A stretch of DNA of 21,614 bases from an uncultured delta proteobacterium (lineage in GTDB: Bacteria; Desulfobacterota; WTBG01; CAIYCZ01), in assembly GCA_963803975.1 (NCBI GenBank), contig CAWDOY010000032.1, positions 1 through 21,614 of the forward strand, given 5' to 3'. Within the stretch, counting starts at the first letter, position 1. Each line of letters opens with the position of its first letter. Below are positions 1 through 9,572 of this stretch, piece by piece. The notes beneath the pieces were generated by a model that saw only the letters and a list, made by a program, of their open reading frames with translations, was not told where the DNA came from and did no database searches. The translations under genes were made by a program, and so were the position numbers.

Positions 1-1
1 G

Positions 2-109
2 GGGACGATATTGCGCGAGATACACGACGGCGAAAGAACCGGGATGTTTAATAGTCGCGAAGAGGTAATCGAGTGGCTGAAGAAAAAGAAACAATCAGCA
101 TTAAGCTGA
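2..109 (+). CDS. 3' end of an upstream gene (partial), probably CCA-adding enzyme / poly(A) polymerase family
   Basis: Not in the ORF track. Frame from base 2 reads GTILREIHDGERTGMFNSREEVIEWLKKKKQSALS-stop (TGA 107-109). This resembles the usual C-terminal 'G.IL..i.eaq..G.i.sreeal.wl' helices of tRNA nucleotidyltransferases. It overlaps the next gene's GTG start. Confidence 0.45.
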   Translation, partial: GTILREIHDGERTGMFNSREEVIEWLKKKKQSALS

Positions 110-1670
110 CAAATATCAGGCATCCATTCGATGCAGCTCCTGACCTCATGGTGCTGGTTAAAAATGTTCTGGGAGCGGAAGATGTTGACATTGTACACAT
201 CCGGATTCTCCGGCGCTCTATAGACTCCCGCCAGGAGCGGATTGATCTGGTTTACACGCTTCTCATAGAGCTTGCAGCACCCGGAAATGCCCTCAAAAAA
301 ATCCTCGCTCGAAGCGACGTCGAAACCTTCACAGAACCACAGGAAACAGCCCCTGTTGCAATAACCGGGCTTACATCCAGGCCGGTCATTATCGGCTGCG
401 GCCCGGCAGGACTCTTTGCCGCACTGACCCTGATAGAACGGGGTGTGCAGCCGATACTTATCGAGCGGGGCGCGCGCATGGCACAGCGCGTCAGAGACGT
501 TGATGCGTTCTGGAAGAGCGGAACTCTTGATGCAGAATCAAATGTATTTTTTGGCGAGGGAGGGGCGGGCACCTTCTCCGACGGGAAGCTCACCACGCGG
601 ATAAAGAGCCCGTTAAAAGACAAGGTGCTCAGGGAACTGGTCAGGTTTGGCGCCCCCGAAGAAATTCTCTATAGCAATAAGCCCCATCTTGGCACTGACC
701 GGATCCGCCGGGTTATCAGCCTGGTTGTTGAACACCTTCAGCAGCGCGGCGCAGAATTTTATTTTAATACCAGAGTGCTTGACCTACCGGTACAAGACGG
801 ACGCATCAGCGGTGTGCAGGCGGGGGAGCAGTTTATAGCAGCGGAAACAGTTTTTCTGGCCACCGGTCACAGTGCCCGGGACATATATTATTTGCTTGAA
901 CAGCGCGAAGCTCAGCTTGAGGCCAAGGGTTTTGCCATGGGCTTGCGGATTGAACACCCGCAGGAATTTATCAACCAACAGCAGTGGGGGAAATGGTCAG
1001 GCACTGCCGGGCTGGGAGCTGCTGACTATTTTTTAAGCTTTAAAGACAGCAGGACCGGAAGAGGGGTGTATACCTTCTGCATGTGCCCGGGAGGCTTTGT
1101 CATTGCCTGCTCATCCCGGCAGGGAGAGCTGGTGACCAATGGCATGAGCGCTTACCAGAGGGACTCTTCCTGGGCAAATGCTGCCGTGGTGGTGACGGTC
1201 GGGCCGGATGATTTCGGCTCGCAGCAGCCTCTTGCCGGTATTGCGCTGCAGCGGCAGCTGGAGGAGAAAGCATTTATATCCGGCAATGGAAATTTCATGA
1301 TACCTGCTCAAGCAGCGCGCGATTTTGTGATGGGCGGTAGAGGAGCGACGGTTATTCCTGCCTGCTCATGTCTGCCCGGTGCTGCACCGCTGATCTTGGG
1401 AAACTGCTGCCGGATTTTCTGCATGAGCCGCTGAAGCGGGCGCTCATTCATTTTGATAAAAAAATGCCCGGCTTTATAGATCAGGGGACACTGTTCGGCG
1501 TGGAGAGCAGGACATCATCGCCAGTGCGGATAAAAAGAGACCCGCATAATTTTCATGCTGTTGGCGTGAGCGGCTTGATTCCCATAGGGGAGGGTTCAGG
1601 ATATGCGGGCGGGATTATGAGCTGTGCGGTGGATGGAATACGGGCGGCGCTGTGCTTTGATACGGCCTGA
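73..1670 (+). CDS. FAD-dependent oxidoreductase (uncharacterised NAD(P)/FAD-dependent dehydrogenase family), one frameshift near 1388
   Basis: Motifs IIGCGPAGLFAA, FGEGGAGTFSDGKLTTR, LATGHSARD and YTFCMCPGG in ORF 73-1434. The family C-terminus (GVESRTSSPVRI..PIGEGSGYAGGIMSCAVDGI) continues in ORF 1368-1670. Confidence 0.88.
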
Positions 1671-1672
1671 TG

Positions 1673-1867
1673 TTACTTTTTAAATGTCTCTATATAGCGC
1701 CTGCGCGAGCGGTCATAGGTGCGCTCCACTTCCGGCGGGAAGAAACAGCCGGGCACTTCATTGTTGCGCAGGTGATACTGCACGCACTCGCAGCACTTGC
1801 CCTTGCGTGAGCAGGGCTCGTAGGTGCAGGTGCAGGACTGCATATTCTTCTTGAGGTTACATTCCAT
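1673..1867 (-). CDS. Small Cys-rich putative metal-binding protein (DUF6485-like)
   Basis: 64 aa with CTCTYEPCSRKGKCCECVQYH..EVPGCFFP pattern; convergent with the oxidoreductase and co-oriented downstream of argC. Confidence 0.75.
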   Translation of the reverse strand: MECNLKKNMQSCTCTYEPCSRKGKCCECVQYHLRNNEVPGCFFPPEVERTYDRSRRRYIETFKK

Positions 1868-1884
1868 TACGGCCCACCAGGATT

Positions 1885-1986
1885 AAATGTCAAATGACAA
1901 AGCTCAAATGCCAAATAAATGACAAGCACAAATGGAGTATTTGGCATTTGAATTTAATTTGACATTTGGATTTTGCAATTTGGGTT
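1885..1986. repeat. Intergenic inverted repeat made of 7-nt periodic units (CAAATGN / NCATTTG)
   Basis: tcaaatgccaaat (1904-1916) is the exact reverse complement of atttggcatttga (1939-1951); aaatgtcaaat (1885-1895) is the exact reverse complement of atttgacattt (1957-1967). Confidence 0.8.
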
Positions 1987-3024
1987 TTACGGATAGAGCG
2001 CTATCTGCTCCAGCGCCGTCTCTTCTTTAAACCCCAGCATGATGTTCATGTTCTGCACTGCCTGACCCGCAGCGCCTTTCACCAGGTTGTCGATGGCCGA
2101 GATAATGATAAGCTTCTTTTTTCCGGCCAGCACAAATCCCACATCACAATAATTAGAACCCCGCACCCATCCGGTCTGCGGCAGCATGCCTTCCGGAAAA
2201 ATCCTCACAAATTTTTCTTTCTCGTAATACTTTTTGAAAACAGCTCTGACCTCGTCAAGGCTCAGCGGCTTTTTCAGATCAGCATATATGGTGCTGAGTA
2301 TGCCGCGGTTCATGGGCACCAGGTGGGGAACAAACGTAATGCTCAGCGGCTTGTGCGCGGCAAGGCTGAGCTGCTCCTCAATTTCCGGCTGATGGCGGTG
2401 GTTGGAAACGCTGTAGGCTTTAAAGGATTCGCTTACCTCGCAGAACAGCGAGGTAACATTCGCGCTCCGTCCCGCTCCGCTGACCCCTGATTTCGAGTCA
2501 ACAATGATGCCGCCCGGCGCAATAAGTCCCTCCTGGACCAGCGGCAGCAGGGGAATAAGGGCGCTGGTCGGGTAGCAGCCGGGATTGGCCACCAGCCGTG
2601 CAGCCTTAATTTTTGCGCGATTTAATTCCGGCAGCCCGTACACTGCGCTCGCAAGAAGCTCCGGCGCGCTGTGCTTCTGGTACCACTTCTCATAGAGACG
2701 GCGGTCTTTGAAACGGAAATCAGCGCTCAGGTCAACCACCCGCTTTTTGCTCTGCATGAAAAAGGGCATGACCTCCATGGCTTCCTTGTGGGGAAGGGCG
2801 GTGAATATGAAATCAGCCTTCTTGACAATCTTCTCCGGCTGCAGGGGCTCCAGGAGGATATTGAGCCGCGGCAAAAGGGAAGGGAAGAGCCGGTCAAGGG
2901 GCTGCCGAGCGTAGCGCTCGGAGGTAACAACGGTGATCTTCACCTGCGGGTGCTGTGAGAGCAGCCGCACCAGTTCAAGACCTGAGTAGCCGCTCGCGCC
3001 AATGACTGCGACGGTTATTTTCAT
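1987..3024 (-). CDS. argC: N-acetyl-gamma-glutamyl-phosphate reductase
   Basis: IGASGYSGLEL Rossmann motif, DLSADFR, YGLPE, catalytic ANPGCYPT, SGVSGAGR, HRHQPEI, IDNLVKGAAGQAVQNMN; intact 345 aa. Confidence 0.97.
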   Translation of the reverse strand: MKITVAVIGASGYSGLELVRLLSQHPQVKITVVTSERYARQPLDRLFPSLLPRLNILLEPLQPEKIVKKADFIFTALPHKEAMEVMPFFMQSKKRVVDLSADFRFKDRRLYEKWYQKHSAPELLASAVYGLPELNRAKIKAARLVANPGCYPTSALIPLLPLVQEGLIAPGGIIVDSKSGVSGAGRSANVTSLFCEVSESFKAYSVSNHRHQPEIEEQLSLAAHKPLSITFVPHLVPMNRGILSTIYADLKKPLSLDEVRAVFKKYYEKEKFVRIFPEGMLPQTGWVRGSNYCDVGFVLAGKKKLIIISAIDNLVKGAAGQAVQNMNIMLGFKEETALEQIALYP

Positions 3025-3031
3025 ACTTCTG

Positions 3032-4478
3032 CTATGCTGCCTTACGTTTTGCCATTACTTCATCAAGTGATTGAAAATATGCCTCGATCACATGCTTCTG
3101 GTATTTTCCTACCGGAACCCCGTTGTAGATGACGTGGGTTTTCCCCTGCACCAGTTCGCGGGTATAGGGAACAGACCAGTCAGGGTAATCAATGGGTTCG
3201 TCAATGTTGTATTTATCGAATTTCTCGAAACACTTTTGAGCATGGTGCATCAGGGTGTCGGAGTTTTCCGCGAAGAACTCTATGGGCAGACCGATTGCAT
3301 AGTCATAGCCGTCATTGATCGCCTTCCAGTAGGCGCGGTTGGTTGAGAGGTATTTCTGCTGCGGGTCCCAGATCGGATCTGAAAATTCATCCTGGCAGAT
3401 AACCGCTTCGGTTTTTGCAAATTTATACTTTGCCAGAAGCGCCTTGACTTCTTCGAACAGCTTGTCGCGGTAAACAGGTGCCAGCTCAAGCCAGGCTTCC
3501 CAGGGGAAGTTATCCCAGGGCATGCCATGCACGGTGACGCCAACAAAAACTTTTGATCCTTCGGGAATCGAATCCAGGCGGTCTTTCAGCATGTCAAGAA
3601 ATGCCTGGCGCAGCGGCTGATAGTTGCCCATTTGCGGTGCAATGATGACTTTTATTTTTTTGCCGGGATGGTGATGCTCCCATTCCTCGATATACTCAAA
3701 GCAGTGCCGGAACCCGGAGTTGAATTCCTCAAAGTGGGAATAGATCGCCATGGGCGATGTAAGGATTATGGTTTCGCAGCCCGCGTCAAGCATTTCATGC
3801 AGTTTCTGCTTCATTTCATGGAGGAACATATTTGTTTCCGCGCGGCATTCAACATTTTTGTATTTCTGCTGGATGCGTTCAAAAGCGCCGTTGATTATTT
3901 TAAAGCTTTCTACCCAGTGCGGCAGCTTTGTCTGCACAGTTCCGTGGCCGTAGTAATAGAGGCGGGATTTGTTGGCAACTTTGCCGGCGAGCGATGGCTC
4001 ACCGCAGGGATGCCCCTTGTAGAGGAAAAACCCGTGGTCAAGATAGATGCGGGATGAGGGCGGCACCCAGGCAACCTGGCCCTCTTTATATTTCTGCAGA
4101 TAGGGAACTCCGTCAAGGTCACAGGTCCCTGCCGAAAGCATCTTCAAGACGGGTGGGCTCAAATTTTTCCCGGGCATGGACATGGTGCGGATCAAGGAGA
4201 GCCACGCCGCTGTCTTTTGTGGCCAGGAGGCGAAACGGCCAGGGAACGATGACTTTAAAAATTTTAATAACGATATTGTGAAAGAACGCGTGATTGTGGT
4301 TTTCCGGCATGATGAGAGCGGTGGAGAAAATGCCCACCTTACCCACCGGCACCGTGTCCTGTGTTTTAAAGTATGCGTAGTAGTCTGGCGTCAGCGGCCG
4401 GTTTTTATATTTAAACAAGGCATATAAAGAACCTGCTGCGAGGACTAGAACGACAATGATGCTTATTAAAATTGCCAT
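3032..4478 (-). CDS. Membrane-anchored divergent ferrochelatase-like (class II chelatase fold) protein, frameshift near 4125
   Basis: ORF 4119-4478 (N-terminal hydrophobic helix) joins ORF 3032-4195 at 'FGRD/CDLDG'. HemH-like motifs occur in the expected order: SPMAIYS (cf. PLYPQYS), VTVHGMP (cf. FSAHGLP), PIEFFAENSDTL (cf. P.GFVADHLETL). RBS-like AAGGAGA upstream. Confidence 0.6.
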
Positions 4479-4632
4479 AGCGATCTCCTTTAGATGAGGT
4501 TACGGTATCTCCTGTCAGGATATATTCTCTTAAACTACATCCGTCAACTCACGTTTTAATAGACCACCGAAAATAAGTCAAGATAAAAATGGGGCAACTC
4601 AGGCAATGCGGGATAGTGCGCAGAGGACTTTT

Positions 4633-5553
4633 TTATCCGAGGAAATCTTTTATTGCCCGGGCAAGCTCTTCAGGCTTTTCTTCCTGAACATAGTGCCCGC
4701 ATTCTTTTATGGTCACGAGGCGGGACTGCTTCAATTCCTTTTTTAGACGTTCCCCGTCCTGCGGCAGGTTGTTAATGTCATGGTCGCCCCACACCATGAG
4801 AGCGGGCGCGGAAATCTTATCCGCCAGTCCTTCGTAGGTGCGGGTGGTGACGCTGCTCATCATCCGGGCAAGCGCATCCGCGGCGTTTGGCGTTTTTGTG
4901 GGCAGCAGGTAGCCGTCAATCAGCTCGTCGGTAATGAGTGCTTTATTATAAAACGAACGGTCGATGCTCGCGGCCCGCACTGCCCTTTTATAAAACTGCC
5001 GTGCCATGACCCGGTCCAGCGGGAAAAACAGATAGCGCACAAATGACGGCGCGCCCTTGCCGTAAAAACCGGGGCTGACCAGGATGAGAGAATCAACTTT
5101 TGCCGGCGCATCCAGCGCCGCGTACCCCACGACAACGCCGCCCATGGAGTGGCCGACCAGGGTTGCCTTGGGAATATGCAGAGCATCCATAAATCCGATA
5201 ACCAGTTTTCCCTGTGCATCAAGGTCATAGTTCCCATCCACCGGCTTATCGGATAAGCCGAAGCCTAAAAGATCAAGGGCATACACGGTATAACGGTCGG
5301 CAAGAAGCGGTATCAGCTTGCGCCAGGTATAGGTTGATCCGGCAAAGCCGTGGACTAAAATGAGCGGCTTGCCGCTCCCCTGCTGCAGGTAATGAATAGT
5401 CTGGCCGTTGACGGTGACAAATTTATCCTGCGGCCCGGCAAGCTGGCTCACCGGAATGGTTTCCTGCGGCAGAAAGGCAACAACCACAAGGCCGAGGTAC
5501 AGGACCAGGAGCAGCGCAATAATGACGGTACCTATTTTTTTAAGTCGTTTCAT
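4633..5553 (-). CDS. Alpha/beta fold hydrolase with N-terminal membrane anchor or signal
   Basis: LVHGFAGS oxyanion loop, DLLGFGLSDKP, GHSMGG nucleophile elbow, VWGDHD acid, CGHYVQEEKPE His; hydrophobic N-terminus. Confidence 0.93.
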   Translation of the reverse strand: MKRLKKIGTVIIALLLVLYLGLVVVAFLPQETIPVSQLAGPQDKFVTVNGQTIHYLQQGSGKPLILVHGFAGSTYTWRKLIPLLADRYTVYALDLLGFGLSDKPVDGNYDLDAQGKLVIGFMDALHIPKATLVGHSMGGVVVGYAALDAPAKVDSLILVSPGFYGKGAPSFVRYLFFPLDRVMARQFYKRAVRAASIDRSFYNKALITDELIDGYLLPTKTPNAADALARMMSSVTTRTYEGLADKISAPALMVWGDHDINNLPQDGERLKKELKQSRLVTIKECGHYVQEEKPEELARAIKDFLG

Positions 5554-5571
5554 AAAATGCTCGTGTAGGAG

Positions 5572-6184
5572 TTAAAACAGCATTCGGTAGCTGAGCACGC
5601 CGAAAAAGTGCATCAGCCACGGCACCAGAAAACTGCCGGATTTTTTATAACTGTAAGAAAAGAGAATGCCGAGGCCGGTGAATAAAAAGACAAAAATAAT
5701 TCTGCCCGGTATTGGCAATCCCCATGTCGTCCATACGGTGAGATAGAATAAGCCGTACATAAAAGAAGACAGCAGAATAGGGGGCCACAAGCTGGTAAAG
5801 AGGGCGCTGAATGTTTTCAGCAGATATCTTCTGAAAAAGAGTTCTGTGGCAAAGGTATGAAACAGGGCAAGGATGATCGCAATCAGGCTCGCCGGATCAA
5901 AGCCGCCCTTGTTGCCGAGACCGATAAGCACGCCGGCCCCGATTGTTATAAAAATCCATTTTGATTCTGCCTTCCAGCCGAATGCCGTGAGAGTTATCTT
6001 TTCCCCGGAGCCATGGTATTACAATACCAAAGATTATCATGAGCCCGCGCCGCGCATACATCCAGAGAGATGCGGGTTCATGGAGGCTTTCGGCTTTCCC
6101 CATGCCTAATACTATGCTGCAGATAAATGAAACTATGAATAAGAGTATAAAGACTGAAAAAGCAAAGAGACAGTCTTGTTTCAT
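5572..6184 (-). CDS. CPBP (Abi/CAAX protease-like) intramembrane protein with degenerate catalytic motifs, frameshift near 5995
   Basis: Joining ORF 5897-6268 (from MKQDC at 6184) to ORF 5572-5931 through 'LTAFGWKAESKWIF' gives a multi-TM protein with TELFFRRYL (EExxxR position), SSFMYGLFY (FxxxH position) and KSGSFLVPWLMHF (terminal His motif). Confidence 0.72.
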
Positions 6185-6361
6185 GATGGTTTCTGTTTTT
6201 GTTGCGGTGTGACTGAGACCCTTGAATACCACTGTTTGAGCTATACCTGTTTTTACCGGTAAGGTCAAATAATACTCAGAATTGTTTGAGCGAAAAGTTA
6301 TTTGGAATTACAAATATTGATTCCGCTATCCATGGTTATTTTGCACGAAAACATATTTAAA

Positions 6362-7001
6362 ATGAAAAACTATAAAGCCGTACAATTATTGTGATAAAGA
6401 AACGCGAAATATCTATCTCATCTCCCATCTGGATAAAGCGGCGCGACGTTATCGCAGATTGCTGCAGAGGCCGGAGTGTCACGGGGATTAATTCATTTTT
6501 ATTTTGAGAACAAATTAGATCTGATCGTTTCATTGATGCTTTTTTTCCTCGAAAAGCTGAATTCTACGCATCAACAAGTGCTAACCAAAGAAAATGATCC
6601 GGTTAAAAAACTACGGTTATACTTTGCGGTCTTTAATGACATTATTCTCAACGATGATGATTCTTTGTATTGGGGAAATATTTTAAAAGAAGGGCTTCCG
6701 CAGGATCAAATATTGAAAAGTGAACGATTGAGAGCGAAATTTGAAAAAATTACTGAAGAAAATAAGAAATCTCATGATCACGATAATTGATATAATAAAA
6801 CAAGCGCAGACAGCAGGCTTGATTGACAATTCAATCCCACCGCAGATTTTATCTCTTATGTTCGGAGGCGCAAGCCAGTTATTATATTATGGTCTGTTTT
6901 TACAACGAACCAGAAGTGCTATCATTAATAATGCTGAGTCTATAAATGAGACTCAAATCAAACAGGCCATAGAAACGCTGATCAATAAGTTTATAGTGTA
7001 A
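6362..7001 (+). CDS. TetR/AcrR family transcriptional regulator; 5' end garbled, frameshift near 6770
   Basis: HTH reads ATLSQIAAEAGVSRGLIHFYFENKLDL from 6443; C-domain has DPVKKLRLYF and IIKQAQTAGLIDNSIPP. In-frame TAA at 6434-6436 means helix 1 cannot be read cleanly, so the start at ATG 6362 is a guess. Confidence 0.8.
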
Positions 7002-7094
7002 TCATTGTGACGATAAAAGACAATAAAAAACAACTATATATTAATAGTTTAAGAAAGATGGTGTTTTATTTTTATCATGGTTTGTTTTATTTTC

Positions 7095-7123
7095 TTGACT
7101 TAATATTCTATTTTGGATAAAAT
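7095..7123 (+). promoter_or_regulatory. Sigma70-type promoter for the FG-GAP gene
   Basis: TTGACT (7095-7100), 17-bp spacer, TAAAAT (7118-7123); AT-rich upstream region; GGAGG RBS near 7222. Confidence 0.65.
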
Positions 7124-7126
7124 TTA

Positions 7127-7142
7127 TTGGCACTGGAGCCAA
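7127..7142. promoter_or_regulatory. Candidate TetR operator palindrome
   Basis: TTGGCAC-TG-GAGCCAA: 6 of 7 positions complementary, lying over the predicted transcription start, immediately downstream of a TetR gene. Confidence 0.45.
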
Positions 7143-7234
7143 ATTTAATTTAAATAATTTATATATTTGGTTTTTAAATATAAATAAAGATTGCTTGTTT
7201 TTTTAATTAATAACAATTTAGGGAGGAAATGGCT

Positions 7235-9354
7235 ATGAAAAAGACCGCAGGCAAGAAGTAAAATGAGTTATTACTGCATAATATCTCTGTTGGTATGCAT
7301 AGTATTGGGATACAGCATACCAGTCTCAGCGTCTGTCACAGTTACCGAAGACCAGACAGTTGCAAGTAAATTTATCAGGCATACTGTAACGGGCATAACC
7401 ACATCGACCCCCGTAGCACCTGATGTTACCGGTTTCCCGGGCGCTTCATACCTCACCATTGGTGACATTGATAATGATGGGAAAAAAGAAATAATCTGCA
7501 CTTCAGGTGTTGGCATTGATGGGGATATTTATAGTGCCGGGAAGACGGCGCTGTTGCAATTTTCAAAAGAAATGGCAGCGGCCTCGACAACTGGACACAA
7601 GCTGTTATCAACGAGACTTTTGCCTTCCCCAATGAGACGGTTCTGCGTGATATGGATGGTGATGGAGACTTGGATATTATGGTGATGGACAACTTTATTT
7701 TGGCCTGGTATCTCTGCGGCAGCGGCGGTATTTACTGGCTTGAAAATCTTGGCAGCAGATATTCTGCAACCGTCTAACTGGGTAAAGCATGACAATTTAT
7801 CAAGAAATAGATGACGGTACGGCTCCAAATGTCCCTGTGTAATTGTCCGAGTGGCACTGTGAACCTAGCAACTGTAATAGTCGGTTACCAGCTATCATCG
7901 AGCCCGGTTTGTTGACCTTGACGGTGATGGCCTCGAAGACTTTGTCACCACTAAAAATCATATGTGGTACTGGCAATGGAAATCGACAGTTTGCAATACA
8001 CATGGATGGAATGGTTCAAGAAGGAGACAGACCTTGTAACCTATCCGTCGGGCTATTCAGGTCCCTACCAGATTGGTGACGGAGGCGGTTTCCTGTTTGA
8101 AATGGCTGATATAGACGGAGACGGAAACCTTGATATTGTTGCTCCACAGTTCTTTATTTACGCTGCGGGTTTTGTAAGAAAAGCACCCGGTGATCCCGAT
8201 GGTGACAGCCTGATATGGTTTAAAAATCCTGGAAAAGCAGCTCTTGCTGCTAATCACAATCTTGCATGGGATAGACATACCATAGATAATGAGTGGACCT
8301 CCCCCAATGCTATTGGCAAGGGCATGGAGGTTGTTGTCGCTGATATTGATAACGATGGCAAAAAAGAGTTGGTGGTAACCAACCATATGCATCAGCAGTA
8401 CAGCACCTACAGCGGTTCACCGCTTCGCTACTGGCCGGCAGGTGTTTACTATTTTGAAATTCCCTCTAATCCTGCAGCTACGTCACAGTGGACGCCTTTA
8501 ACCATAGAAACCGGGAATCCTGCCCTTGATCCGAATGATCACACTGCCGTGCTTGCGGACGTATACGGCGTTGACCGTGACTTCAATGATTATAATGGCC
8601 AGGGCTCGCCGGGAATGGTTAAGGCTCAGGACATCACCGGCGACGGGTTCCCGGATCTGCTGGTGCCGGGCGATGGAAAAGGCAAGCTCTACTATTATGA
8701 AAGTGCCGGCTCCACTTCATCAGACTTGAAATTCAAGCGGGCAGCTCTCTATTCTGATGTAGGCTGTATGCCCGCCGAAGCAAAGTTTGATGATATAGAC
8801 GGCGACGGTGACGTGGATGTTGTTGCTGCCATCTATGATACAAGAGTTGTCAAGGACTTGAATTTACCGACCAACATCAGCTTCAATATTTGTTTATGAA
8901 AACACAGCTCCCCGTTGTGGCGACGGTAATATCGATCCAGGGGAACAGTGTGAAACCAATGCCGATTGTGTATCGCAGCATGGCAGCGGCTGGACATGCA
9001 GTCAATGTCAGTGCCAGGAACCGCCGACGCTGATTGAACTCTCAAGCTTTGAAGCTCAGGGAGCATGGGCAAGGACAATACTCAGTTGGGAAACTGCATC
9101 AGAGACAGACAATGCGGGTTTCAACATCTACCGGTCAGAAACAGCGGATGGGGAGTTTGTAAAGATTAATGCTGTACTTATTCCTGCGAAGGGCAGTGCT
9201 AACAGAAGGAGCCTCATACAGCTTTGTTGACTGGGGAACGGAGAGAGGTAAAACCTATTATTATAAACTGGAGGATGTTGATCTTGCTGGCAACATAACT
9301 TCCCATGGTCCTGCAAGCGCGAAGCCGTGGTTCATACTGGGCTTTTTAAAATAG
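7235..9354 (+). CDS. Secreted protein A: signal peptide + 7x FG-GAP/VCBS (DxDxDG) beta-propeller + Cys-rich linker + shared C-terminal module; several frameshifts
   Basis: Signal peptide ..IISLLVCIVLGYSIPVSA. Reading across frames gives DIDNDGKKE, DMDGDGDLD, DLDGDGLED, DIDGDGNLD, DIDNDGKKE, DITGDGFPD, DIDGDGDVD. An unlisted frame at about 8880-9200 reads SIFVYENTAPRCGDGNIDPGEQCETNADC..CQCQEPPTLIELSSFEAQGAW..NAGFNIYR, and the gene ends in ORF 9169-9354. Start could be 7229, 7235 or 7263. Confidence 0.8.
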
Positions 9355-9384
9355 TTTTTATTTTATCCGGATAATTGACTGAAC

Positions 9385-9421
9385 AAAAAAGTCAGAGGCT
9401 GTTATAGCTTCTGACTTTTTT
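9385..9421 (+). terminator. Rho-independent terminator (possibly bidirectional)
   Basis: aaaaaagtcagaggct-gttat-agcttctgactttttt hairpin with A and T tracts, about 30 nt after stop 9354. Confidence 0.85.
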
Positions 9422-9496
9422 AGTCAATAGTTTAAATAAATTATTAATAATGATAAATATAATACCTCTGTATAAAATTTAATAAAATAAAATTCC

Positions 9497-9524
9497 TTGC
9501 AATACGCATGATTTATGGTAATAT
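9497..9524 (+). promoter_or_regulatory. Possible sigma70 promoter for protein B
   Basis: TTGCAA, 16-bp spacer ending in TGG, then TAATAT (extended -10-like); AAGGAGG RBS at 9559-9565. Confidence 0.4.
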
Positions 9525-9572
9525 GTATTCAAATTAATATAAATTTGCTAATATTATCAAGGAGGATCTCAC

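Noticed and set aside
1885..1986. Short repeats here and at 18894-18973 as CRISPR or DGR elements
   Set aside because: Units are 7 nt with no unique spacers; no cas gene, reverse transcriptase or template/variable repeat pair is in the window.
7128..7145. Sigma54 promoter suggested by TGGCAC
   Set aside because: No TTGC at the -12 position; the sequence is better explained as a palindromic operator.
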